Below, one piece after another: positions 6,855 through 15,183 of a stretch of DNA of 32,000 nt; positions within the stretch are counted from its first letter, which is position 1; every line of letters begins with the position of its first letter. A program made the position numbers and the translations under genes. Source of the stretch: Denitrobacterium detoxificans (GTDB lineage: Bacteria > Actinomycetota > Coriobacteriia > Coriobacteriales > Eggerthellaceae); NCBI RefSeq assembly GCF_001643775.1, contig NZ_CP011402.1:1364432-1396431 (forward strand). Direction: 5' to 3'. The notes under the pieces were generated by a model, which did no database searches, was not told where the DNA came from, and was given only the letters and a program-made list of their open reading frames with translations.

Positions 6855-6890
6855 GTTTTGGAGCAGTGTCATTCTGACTGCTAATCAAAT
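6855..6890 (+). repeat. Type II CRISPR-like direct repeat R5 (36 nt), degenerate 3' end
   Basis: GTTTTGGAGCAGTGTCATTCTGACTGCTAATCAAAT. Confidence 0.9.
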
Positions 6891-6949
6891 ACCCTCCTCG
6901 ACCTTACATACGCACTTCCCTACGGAAAGACCCTGGGCGCTGAAGCCCG

Positions 6950-7483
6950 TCATGTGGGGCGATATGGCCTAACGCCAAAGTCAACCTCGATGATGCGCCC
7001 GCAATATCTGGGCTTGGCGGGAGCAGGAATCGGACCGGGCTCGCGCTGCCCCATCTCGGCAGCCTTCGGAGCAATCACCGTCTGGAACCAGCCGCAACAT
7101 CCGCAGTGCCACACTGCCCCATCCCACGTAAGTTCCAACGGCCTAAGCTCGAGGCGGTGCCCACATCTGGGACACATGTGCGGCTGTCTCGATATCGCCT
7201 TGAAATAGGGGCTCAGCTCCAGCATACGCCCACCTCCCACTCGTTTGATTGTCAGCCAAAATGACTCCGTTGAATACAAATGGCCCGAATCGTCAATATC
7301 GAAAGCCGCCCTTACTTCTGCATCTTCAGAAGGTCCTTCAGGATCATTAACGGAGTCGCAAGAATAAGCAGAATCGCATACCCTGCAAAGGAAGGGTCGC
7401 CCGACCCACCAAAAAAGACATTCCCTTTGCCAAGCCTTCGTTTGCGTGAACGATTCAAACCAAAAGATGGTCGTTATGAGCAT
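6950..7483 (-). CDS. Hypothetical protein with zinc-ribbon-like CPRCG...CGCC
   Basis: Up to 177 aa; HMCPRCGHRLELRPLELTWDGAVWHCGCCGWF; start uncertain. Confidence 0.45.
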   Translation of the reverse strand: MLITTIFWFESFTQTKAWQRECLFWWVGRPFLCRVCDSAYSCDSVNDPEGPSEDAEVRAAFDIDDSGHLYSTESFWLTIKRVGGGRMLELSPYFKAISRQPHMCPRCGHRLELRPLELTWDGAVWHCGCCGWFQTVIAPKAAEMGQREPGPIPAPAKPRYCGRIIEVDFGVRPYRPT

Positions 7484-7836
7484 CGTAGCCCAGACAACTC
7501 ATTCACGCGTCCATCATGTAGGACACGCAAACAGCCAAATGCAAATACACTTTTCATCAGGAAGGATGCAATTTCAAACGAAGGGCAATGGCCCTAGCAC
7601 TGCCGCGCAACGAGGAACGGGAGGGAAACGATAATGGCAATATTCGCACTACTTACTGCGCCAGCAATGATCATCTCGGTGTTTGCGTTATGCGCCTAGC
7701 AGAACTCATGGGTCGAGCCAACCAACCCAGGAAGCAAACCCCACGTCAATAGCGTATTGACACCTCAACCATCGCATTATATTCTAATCATGTGTTTTTT
7801 GCGTTTATTTGGGGTACAAGGAAGGTAGGTAGCGAA

Positions 7837-8280
7837 ATGGAACGCAGTGGAAGTCAGAAGGTGTTGTTGGTACTGTCCATCATCGAGATTATAGGCGCCG
7901 CGTTGTCCCTTATTACGGGCATCCTGTTCTTCGTAGGTGCAGGCGCGGTGCTATCCGATGCAAGCGTCGTCGCGGGAACAGGCGCCACTCAGGGCCAAGC
8001 AGCCGGTATTTTCGTAATCCTATCGTGTATTCTCATTGTCGAGGGTATCTGGAGCCTCCTGTGCGGCATCTTCGGCGTTCGCGCCGCCAACGATAACCAG
8101 AAGATCATGATCGTTTGGGTCTTCTGCCTCATTGGCGTGATCATGGCAATCATTGGCATCATCGCAGCCATCGTAAACGGCCAGTTCGGCAGCCAAGTTT
8201 GGTCGCTCGTTTGCTCGCTGGCAGTCTCGGGCATCATGTTCTTCATCGCCAACAACATCAAGAAGGAAGCCGGCAAGTAA
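7837..8280 (+). CDS. Hypothetical multi-pass (about 4 TM) membrane protein
   Basis: MERSGSQKVLLVLSIIEIIGAALSLITGILFFVGAG..., strongly hydrophobic segments. Confidence 0.75.
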   Translation: MERSGSQKVLLVLSIIEIIGAALSLITGILFFVGAGAVLSDASVVAGTGATQGQAAGIFVILSCILIVEGIWSLLCGIFGVRAANDNQKIMIVWVFCLIGVIMAIIGIIAAIVNGQFGSQVWSLVCSLAVSGIMFFIANNIKKEAGK

Positions 8281-8398
8281 GACTAACCACTTACACAGGC
8301 ATCATCCAGCACCCTGCCTTCGTCGAATCCGACAGCCAGAAGGGAGGGTGCTGGTTTTTATCACCCACACTAGGGCAAACAAGTCGAAAGGATGACCC

Positions 8399-9079
8399 AT
8401 GAATTACGAGATCGTTGGAGAACCGTATCCGGCAGTCGTATGCCATCTGCAGCGCGGAGAGCAAATGAAAACTGAAAAGGGCTCCATGGTGTGGATGGAC
8501 CCCGTCATGAAGATGGAAACCAACACCGGGGGTGGAGGAATCGGCAAGATGTTCGGACGCATGCTATCAGGTGAGAGCATGTTCCAAAACGTCTACACGG
8601 CGGAAAGCGACGGTATGATCGCGTTCGGATCGAGCTTCCCCGGCCAGATCCTTCCCATCGAGATTCAACCTGGTCAGGATTTCATCGCGCAGAAGATGGC
8701 GTTTCTGGCATCCGAGATGGGCGTAACGCTCGACACGTTCTTCAACCAGAAGCTCAGTGGCGGCTTCTTCGGCGGCGAAGGCTTCATCATGCAGCGCCTG
8801 AGCGGCCAGGGCATGGTATTCCTCGAGTGCGACGGATCGCTCGTTCGCTACGAGCTTGCCGCCGGCCAATCCATGGTAGTCGACACGGGCAACGTACTCG
8901 GATTCACGGGCGGCGTAAATCTACGCGTAGAGAGAATTCAAGGCGCAAAGAACGTCATGTTCGGCGGCGAAGGCCTCTTCAACACGGTGCTCACCGGCCC
9001 GGGCACGGTCTACCTGCAAACGATGCCGCTCGCCAACCTCGTCGACGTGATTGCGGCCCATATGCCTAAGACAGACTAA
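8399..9079 (+). CDS. AIM24/TIGR00266-like family protein
   Basis: 226 aa; MNYEIVGEPYPAVVCHLQRGEQMKTEKGSMVWMD...LTGPGTVYLQTMPLANL pattern of this family. Confidence 0.8.
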   Translation: MNYEIVGEPYPAVVCHLQRGEQMKTEKGSMVWMDPVMKMETNTGGGGIGKMFGRMLSGESMFQNVYTAESDGMIAFGSSFPGQILPIEIQPGQDFIAQKMAFLASEMGVTLDTFFNQKLSGGFFGGEGFIMQRLSGQGMVFLECDGSLVRYELAAGQSMVVDTGNVLGFTGGVNLRVERIQGAKNVMFGGEGLFNTVLTGPGTVYLQTMPLANLVDVIAAHMPKTD

Positions 9080-9153
9080 ATCGAAGCGCTCTGAACAAGC
9101 GTAGACAAGCATTATCACGCAACGCGAGCACGAAACTCGCCCAAACAAGCAGG

Positions 9154-9196
9154 GCCAGCTAGCAACCAAGCATCGTAAGGGGTTCGGCTAGCTGGC
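9154..9196. terminator. Bidirectional terminator GCCAGCTAGC...GCTAGCTGGC
   Basis: Perfect 10-bp arms between convergent genes. Confidence 0.6.
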
Positions 9197-9210
9197 TTTG
9201 TTCTGCCCGC

Positions 9211-10041
9211 CTATACATTACCCAATAGGACCGTATGCAAGTGACGCTCGGCTACGCTGGCCAGCTCATGCAGCGTAGCGATGGGCGTAGGAGGCACATC
9301 ACTCATACGGTGCTGCGGGAAGAAACGCGTAAGATGGTACGGGATGGCGGGGTCGAGCGATGCAAGCCACTGCGCCATTTCCTCTATCTGTTCTGCATCA
9401 TCGGAAAGCCCAGGCACTACGAGCGTAGTTACCTCCAGATGGCACGTAGGCAATGCGGCCAGCAACTCAATCGTACGCTTCACCGTACCCAAATCGCCAC
9501 TGAGCTTGCGGTAACCCTCCGCAGTAAAGCATTTCAAGTCGATGTTGGCAGCATCCACGAAGGGGGCAATCTGCTCCACCACCTGCTCGCTCGCGAACCC
9601 ATTGGAAACGAGTACGTTCACCAATCCCGCTTCGTGCGCCAACGCGGCCGTATCGCGCAGGAACTCCCACGTCACAAGCGGCTCGTTATACGTGTACGCA
9701 ACACCAACGCACCCGCGATCGCGCAGGCCGCACGCAGCGTGCACAACCTCTTCGGGCGTTACCTCGCGCCAAGGCACCCCAGTCGCATCCACTTGCGCAA
9801 TCGAGGCGTTCTGGCAAAACGGGCAATGCATGTTGCAGCCGTAGCTGCCCAGGGAAAGCACGGTACTCCCCTGTTTCCAGTGGGCAATCGGCTTCTTCTC
9901 GATAGGGTCGAGCGCCAGCGACGTAATGCGCCCGTACCCTTCGGGCGCCACCACGCCATCGATGCAGCGACGAGAACGACATGCCCCCAGCGCACCCTCG
10001 GCAAGGGAACACGCATGGGGGCATGTCGAGCATATTGTCAC
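9211..10041 (-). CDS. amrS: AmmeMemoRadiSam-system radical SAM protein
   Basis: 276 aa; SLGSYGCNMHCPFCQNASIAQ (CxxxCxxC cluster variant of this family), EPLVTWEF, TTLVVPGLSDD. Confidence 0.85.
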   Translation of the reverse strand: MTICSTCPHACSLAEGALGACRSRRCIDGVVAPEGYGRITSLALDPIEKKPIAHWKQGSTVLSLGSYGCNMHCPFCQNASIAQVDATGVPWREVTPEEVVHAACGLRDRGCVGVAYTYNEPLVTWEFLRDTAALAHEAGLVNVLVSNGFASEQVVEQIAPFVDAANIDLKCFTAEGYRKLSGDLGTVKRTIELLAALPTCHLEVTTLVVPGLSDDAEQIEEMAQWLASLDPAIPYHLTRFFPQHRMSDVPPTPIATLHELASVAERHLHTVLLGNV

Positions 10042-10047
10042 GGCTAG

Positions 10048-11727
10048 TTAGTCACGCGTGAGCTTACGATGCAGGCGATGCGGCTTGGCGGCTTCGGGCC
10101 CCAAGCGACGAACACGGTCTTCCTGGTAGCCTTCGAAGTTGCCCTCGTACCAGTACCATGCACCCGGATTCTCGTCGGTACCTTCCCAAGCCAGAATATG
10201 CGTGGCAACACGGTCGAGGAAGAAGCGGTCGTGGCTGGTGATGACAGCGCAGCCGCTGAACTCGTTCAGCGCCTCTTCCAGGCTGGAAAGCGATTCGGTG
10301 TCCAGGTCGTTCGTGGGCTCGTCGAGCAGCAGCAGGTTGCCGCCCTGCTTCAAGGTAAGAGCCAGGTTCAAGCGGTTGCGCTCGCCACCGGAAAGCACGC
10401 CTGCGGGCTTCTGCTGGTCGCTGCCCTTGAAGCCATACGCCGCCACATATGCGCGCGAAGGCACCTCGGTGCCAGCTACGTTCATGTAGTCCAGACCATC
10501 CGACACGACTTCCCAGACCTTCTTATTGGGATCGATGCCGGCACGGTTCTGATCGACATAGGAAAGCTGAACGGTAGAGCCCAGCTCGAGCGTGCCGCTC
10601 GTGGGAGCCTCCTCGCCCACGATCATGCGGAAGAGCGTCGTCTTGCCCACGCCATTCGGGCCGATGACGCCCACGATGCCATTGCGCGGCAGGCTGAACG
10701 ACAGGTCATCGATGAGCACGCGGTCGCCGAATTCCTTGTGCAGATGCTCGGCTTCCAGCACCTTGTTGCCCAAGCGCGGACCAGCAGGAATGTGAATCTC
10801 GGTGAAGTCGACATTCTTGCGCGCAGCGGATTCGGCCACCATCTTCTCGTAGGCCGCCAAACGCGCCTTGCCCTTGGCCTGACGGGCCTTCGCGCCACTG
10901 CGCACCCATTCCAGCTCGGCCTTCATCTTCTTGGCGCGCTTCTTGTCCTGTGCACCCTCGAGCTCCAAACGCGCAGCCTTGGTTTCCAGATACGTGGAGT
11001 AATTGCCCTTGTAGGGATACAGCGTGCCGCGGTCGACCTCGCAAATCCACTCGGCTACATGGTCGAGGAAGTAACGGTCGTGCGTGACGGCCAAGACGGC
11101 ACCGGGATACTTCGCCAGGAACTGTTCGAGCCACAGAACCGATTCGGCATCCAGGTGGTTGGTGGGTTCGTCGAGCAGAAGCAGGTCGGGAGATTCCAGC
11201 AGCAAGCGGCACAGGGCCACGCGACGACGCTCGCCACCCGAAAGCACCTTCACAGGAGCGTCGGGGTCGGGGCACTGCAGCGCATCCATAGCCTGCGAAA
11301 GCTGCGAATCCAGATCCCAACCATTAACGGCATCGATGGCGTCCTGAAGCTTGCCCATTTCCGCCATGAGCGCATCGAAATCGGCATCGGGCATGGCCAT
11401 TTCCGCCGAAATCTCGTTGAAGCGCGCCACATTGGCAAGCGTTTCGGCAAAGGCCTGCTCGACGTTCTCGCGAACTGTCTTGTCATCATCGAGCGCGGGA
11501 TCCTGCTGAAGCAGACCCACGGTGTAGCCAGGCGTAAGGCGTGCCTCGCCGTTGCTGACCTCTTCCAGGCCCGCCATGATCTTCAGCAGCGTGGACTTGC
11601 CCATGCCGTTCGGACCAACGACGCCAATCTTCGCGCCAGGATAGAACGCAAGCGTAACGTCGTCCAAGATGACCTTGTCGCCATGCGCCTTGCGCGCCTT
11701 TTCCAGCGTGTAAATGAATTCAGCCAC
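10048..11727 (-). CDS. ettA: ABC-F type ATPase, EttA-like
   Basis: 559 aa from GTG with GGAGG RBS; duplicated ABC domains with GPNGMGKSTLLK and GPNGVGKTTLFR, LSGGERRRVALCRLLL, LSGGERNRLNLALTLK. ORF track extends it artefactually to 12519. Confidence 0.9.
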   Translation of the reverse strand: MAEFIYTLEKARKAHGDKVILDDVTLAFYPGAKIGVVGPNGMGKSTLLKIMAGLEEVSNGEARLTPGYTVGLLQQDPALDDDKTVRENVEQAFAETLANVARFNEISAEMAMPDADFDALMAEMGKLQDAIDAVNGWDLDSQLSQAMDALQCPDPDAPVKVLSGGERRRVALCRLLLESPDLLLLDEPTNHLDAESVLWLEQFLAKYPGAVLAVTHDRYFLDHVAEWICEVDRGTLYPYKGNYSTYLETKAARLELEGAQDKKRAKKMKAELEWVRSGAKARQAKGKARLAAYEKMVAESAARKNVDFTEIHIPAGPRLGNKVLEAEHLHKEFGDRVLIDDLSFSLPRNGIVGVIGPNGVGKTTLFRMIVGEEAPTSGTLELGSTVQLSYVDQNRAGIDPNKKVWEVVSDGLDYMNVAGTEVPSRAYVAAYGFKGSDQQKPAGVLSGGERNRLNLALTLKQGGNLLLLDEPTNDLDTESLSSLEEALNEFSGCAVITSHDRFFLDRVATHILAWEGTDENPGAWYWYEGNFEGYQEDRVRRLGPEAAKPHRLHRKLTRD

Positions 11728-11814
11728 GAAAACCTCCGTGCTAATAGAGCGGTATTGCGTTAATTTGTTTATTGTACAAGACGAATGTCGAATTCGCTTG
11801 AAACGGAGGCGCTT

Positions 11815-13236
11815 ATGTCGATCGTTGGAGCAATTGTCGTACCGCATCCGCCACTTATCGTTCCCGCCGTTGGGCGCGGCGAGGAGCAACGCATCGGCGA
11901 AACCATTGACGCATATAAGCGCGCAACAAAATGGCTGCTCAGCCAGCAGCCCGATTGCCTGGTTATCACCTCGCCGCACGCGCCGCTGTTTCGCGACGCG
12001 TTTCACGTAACCACCGATGACGTCCTCGAGGGAAGCATGGCCCAATTCCGCGCGCCGCAAGAGCACATGAGCGCGGAATGCAATACCGAACTGGCGCGAG
12101 AAATCATCAGCAGGGCAAACGATGCAGGAATCCCAGCCATTGGCAGCGAGCGCTATCGCGACGACATGGATCACGCCACCTACGTGCCGCTCTACTTCGT
12201 GCGCGAAGCCGCCGGCGGCATGCTTCCCTGCCCCATCGTTCGCATTGGGCTTTCCGGCATGCCGTACGACACGCACCGCCAATTGGGGCGCATCATCGCA
12301 CAAGCGGCAAGCGCGCAGGGCATCAAAGTAGGATTCATTGCCAGCGGAGACCTTTCGCACAAGCTGAAACCCGACGGTCCCTATGGTTTCGCACTCGAAG
12401 GCCCTGTATTCGACGAGCGCATTGGCGAGATATTCGCATCGGGTAACCTCGATGGCCTCTTCGAGCTCGACGAGGCATTCTGCGAAGCTGCCGCCGAATG
12501 CGGACTCCGATCGTTCCAAATCATGGCGGGCGCCCTAGACGGCCTGAGCGTGCATACGGAATTGCTCTCGAACGAAGGGCCGTTTGGCGTAGGCTACGGA
12601 GTAGCCATCTGCAAATGCGAAAGCACGACAAATTGCGACGCCCATGCAGGTAAACGCGATGCGGACAACGACCACCTTCACAGTGCCAATCCGCCCACCG
12701 AGGCCGACCCAATCGTACGCCTTGCGCGCCTAACGGTCGAAACGTTCACGCGCACGGGCCGCGCGCCCAATCTACCTGACGATCTGCCGCAAGAGCTCCT
12801 GGAACGGAAGGCGGGCGTATTCGTAACGATTCACAAGCGGGGCGCTTTACGCGGCTGCATAGGCACCATCTCACCCACATGCAGCAACATTGCGGAGGAA
12901 GTCATACAGAACGGGATTAGCTCCAGCAGTCGTGACCCACGCTTCCCAGCCATACGCGAGGAGGAACTCGATTACCTGGAGTATTCGGTCGACGTATTGG
13001 GCGAAGCAGAGCCCATCGACTCGCCCGAACAGCTTGACCCGAAGCGCTACGGCGTCATCGTTGCGAAACGTTGGCAACGCGGGCTACTGCTCCCGAACCT
13101 CGAGGGCGTAGAGACGATTGAGTCTCAGGTCTCGATCGCCAAGCAAAAAGCGGGCATAGACCCAGCAGACAACGACGTTGAACTTGCGCGCTTCGAAGTC
13201 GTGCGCCATTCCGCCGGCGGAGAGGCACGCAGATAA
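11815..13236 (+). CDS. Fused MEMO1-like plus AMMECR1-domain protein (AmmeMemoRadiSam system)
   Basis: N-term IVGAIVVPHPPLIVPAVGRGEE (MEMO-like); C-term GVFVTIHKRGALRGCIGTISPT...SRDPRFP (AMMECR1); GGAGGC RBS upstream. Confidence 0.88.
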   Translation: MSIVGAIVVPHPPLIVPAVGRGEEQRIGETIDAYKRATKWLLSQQPDCLVITSPHAPLFRDAFHVTTDDVLEGSMAQFRAPQEHMSAECNTELAREIISRANDAGIPAIGSERYRDDMDHATYVPLYFVREAAGGMLPCPIVRIGLSGMPYDTHRQLGRIIAQAASAQGIKVGFIASGDLSHKLKPDGPYGFALEGPVFDERIGEIFASGNLDGLFELDEAFCEAAAECGLRSFQIMAGALDGLSVHTELLSNEGPFGVGYGVAICKCESTTNCDAHAGKRDADNDHLHSANPPTEADPIVRLARLTVETFTRTGRAPNLPDDLPQELLERKAGVFVTIHKRGALRGCIGTISPTCSNIAEEVIQNGISSSSRDPRFPAIREEELDYLEYSVDVLGEAEPIDSPEQLDPKRYGVIVAKRWQRGLLLPNLEGVETIESQVSIAKQKAGIDPADNDVELARFEVVRHSAGGEARR

Positions 13237-13450
13237 TTCGACGCACCAGACATCATCGCCGAACGCATCCACGCGCAACACACGTACGTCCACTACCACG
13301 CACCGTTCGCGGGTTGAAAGGCTAACGAGCGAAACGAAACGCTACCAATCGAGCCCAACGAGAAGCTATAATCCAGCACTAGAGAGGCGCGGAACGGACG
13401 CGCGCAATGCCCGGAGGCGCAAGCCTTCGAAAACGAGGGAGGCGGTCGCA

Positions 13451-13648
13451 ATGTGCTTTAGGCCATCACCTGTATCCAGCTCAAACGACAACATCAACCA
13501 GGGAACATGCCCTACATGCGGAATGCCCGTCGCCGCAGAAGCGGGCACCACAAGCGGAACGTGCCCCTATTGCGGAGAACCCATTCCCCCCAATGATTCC
13601 GGCCAGGGCGGAATTTCCGATGATCCGAAGAACGTGCGCATCTTGTAG
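13451..13648 (+). CDS. Small double-CxxC zinc-ribbon-like protein (65 aa)
   Basis: MCFRPSPVSSSNDNINQGTCPTCGMPVAAEAGTTSGTCPYCGEPIPPNDSG... Confidence 0.6.
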   Translation: MCFRPSPVSSSNDNINQGTCPTCGMPVAAEAGTTSGTCPYCGEPIPPNDSGQGGISDDPKNVRIL

Positions 13649-13723
13649 CCGTTCGACACGCAGCGAAAGGGCAGCCAGGGACGATGAACTGCGCCCCAAA
13701 ACTTGGACGCGATAAATAAGAAC

Positions 13724-14581
13724 CTAGGCGGCTTGGGACTGGCTCCGGAACTCCTCCGGGGTCAGTCCCTTTAGTTTAACTTGCCTCCTCTGCGTGTTCC
13801 AGTACTCGATGTATCCCTCAAGCTCCCTCTTGAACGTCTCGAAGTCGGGGAACTTTCTGCCTCGGAAGAACTCGTCTTTCAAATGGCCGAACACCTGCTC
13901 GGTCGCGCCGTTGTCGATGCAGTTGCCCTTACGTGACATGCTCTGCACGATGCCTGCCTCCTCGAGCCTTCCGCAATACCCTATGTGCTGGTACTGCCAG
14001 CCCATGTCCGACTGCATGACCGGGTGAGCACCGTCCGGAATCTTCGGGATGAGCATGTCGAGCATCTCCTTCTGCTGCGACATGTCCGGGTGCTGGGATA
14101 TGGACCACGCCGCGATCTCCTTGCTGCCGAAGTCGTAGACGGGCGCGAAGTACGCCTTGCCCCATTCCTGCTTGAACTCGGTGACGTCGGTGCCAAGCTT
14201 CTGCCACGGCCCATCTGCCTCGAAGTCGCGCCCCAGCACGTTCTCGAAGGTCTTGCCGACCACGCCCTTGTAGGAATTGTACTTGTGGTAGTCCGTCTCC
14301 CGGCGTATGCCGCAGCTTATTCCTATCTCGTGCATCATCTTGAGCACGGTCTTGTCGGCGATCGTCGCCCCTTCCTCGGCGCGCAGGCACATGGCTATCT
14401 GGCGATGGCCGCAGCCGTTTGGCGAGCGCGAGAAGATCTCGATCGCCTTGCCCCAAAGCTCCGGCCTGGTCGGCGCCTTGGCCGGCTTCGACTTGTTGTA
14501 GTGGTAAGTCGATGCTGGAACGCCCGACACGGCCAGTAGGTCCGCAAGCGCGTGCCCCTGCCCCGAAAGCTCCCTGATCAC
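13724..14581 (-). CDS. IS3-family transposase OrfB (integrase catalytic domain)
   Basis: 285 aa; KLGTDVTEFKQEWGKAYFAPVYDFGSKEIAAW, NGATEQVFGHLKDE, YIEYWNTQRRQVKLKGLTPEEFRSQS (DDE core). Confidence 0.95.
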   Translation of the reverse strand: MIRELSGQGHALADLLAVSGVPASTYHYNKSKPAKAPTRPELWGKAIEIFSRSPNGCGHRQIAMCLRAEEGATIADKTVLKMMHEIGISCGIRRETDYHKYNSYKGVVGKTFENVLGRDFEADGPWQKLGTDVTEFKQEWGKAYFAPVYDFGSKEIAAWSISQHPDMSQQKEMLDMLIPKIPDGAHPVMQSDMGWQYQHIGYCGRLEEAGIVQSMSRKGNCIDNGATEQVFGHLKDEFFRGRKFPDFETFKRELEGYIEYWNTQRRQVKLKGLTPEEFRSQSQAA

Positions 14582-15081
14582 CTGGCATTTCTCCCAGGCG
14601 CTCGCTTTGCCGCTTCCAGGGCACGCAGTTTTTTTAGGTACGCCACCTCGGCCCTTAGCCTGCGGTTCTCCGCCTCCAGCTCCTGTTCGCGGCTCCTTGG
14701 TTCCGGAGGGTCACCCCCGTCTTTCCGCGGCCGCCCCTTCGGCTTGGGCCTCAGGGCCTCCGGACCGCCCTCGCGGTAGGCCTTCGCCCAATTCTTCAGC
14801 TGCGTCAGGTTCGCGATTCCGTGCTTGGACATGACCTCCTGCCTGGTCATGCCGAGGTCGACGAAGTCGCGCGCGGCGGCGAGCTTCGTCTCGTAGTCGT
14901 AACGCCTGTGCTTGGACCCCATGCCCAGAAACGCCTCCTTGCCTACCGCCCTGTACGTGTGGGTCCATTTTTCCGCAATGCTTATCGGTATGGCAAGCGC
15001 TGTCGAGAGCGACCCCTTGCCATATCCTCGGTCGATGAGCTCGACCGCCCTTGCTCTCGTCTCCAGGCTGTATCTCTTCAA
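14578..15081 (-). CDS. IS3-family OrfA (HTH plus leucine zipper)
   Basis: 167 aa; KRYSLETRARAVELIDRGYGKGSLSTALAI..., C-term EQELEAENRRLRAEVAYLKKLRAL; A7 run near its 3' end suggests -1 frameshifting. Confidence 0.93.
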   Translation of the reverse strand: MKRYSLETRARAVELIDRGYGKGSLSTALAIPISIAEKWTHTYRAVGKEAFLGMGSKHRRYDYETKLAAARDFVDLGMTRQEVMSKHGIANLTQLKNWAKAYREGGPEALRPKPKGRPRKDGGDPPEPRSREQELEAENRRLRAEVAYLKKLRALEAAKRAPGRNAR

Positions 15082-15183
15082 AACGAAACTGCACCTCCCG
15101 AACTCGGACTTTCTTTTCCTAGTCCAAATTCGGGGGTGCAGTTCACGATTTCCTGGCTGCCCTTTTATCTGCGCACCACGAAA

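Larger units (their letters stand above)
13685..15145 (-). mobile_element. IS3-family (IS150-like) insertion sequence, 1461 bp
   Basis: Terminal IRs TGAACTGCGCCCCAAAACTTGGAC / TGAACTGCACCCCCGAATTTGGACT; 3-bp direct repeats CGA at 13682..13684 and 15146..15148. Confidence 0.9.

Noticed and set aside
4806-6890. A standard CRISPR array
   Set aside because: Repeats are CRISPR-like but intervals are 254-420 bp, far from the ~30 bp expected of type II spacers, and no cas ORFs are present. Annotated as separate repeats, not as a CRISPR array.
5323-6890. Integron attC sites or REP-type elements
   Set aside because: The 36-mer lacks the paired R/L core-site architecture of attC, and there is no integron integrase in the window. 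It has only weak internal symmetry.
7484-7836. Possible further array or gene between the zinc-ribbon ORF and the membrane protein
   Set aside because: No additional copy of the 36-mer and no convincing ORF found by eye.
10069-11763. 564-aa plus-strand ORF
   Set aside because: Antisense shadow of the ABC-F gene in high-GC sequence; no family features.
11728-12519. N-terminal 264-aa extension of the ABC-F ORF (MERSESAFGG...)
   Set aside because: Antisense to the MEMO-AMMECR1 gene. A GTG start with perfect GGAGG at 11727 gives a normal EttA-size protein.
13178-13450. 5' part of ORF 13178..13648 (MNLRASKSC...)
   Set aside because: Overlaps the AMMECR1 coding end out of frame and looks non-coding. 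Only the 65-aa C-terminal part (from 13451) looks like a protein.
3034-15145. Composite transposon bounded by the two IS elements
   Set aside because: The elements belong to different families and each has its own target duplication, so they moved independently.
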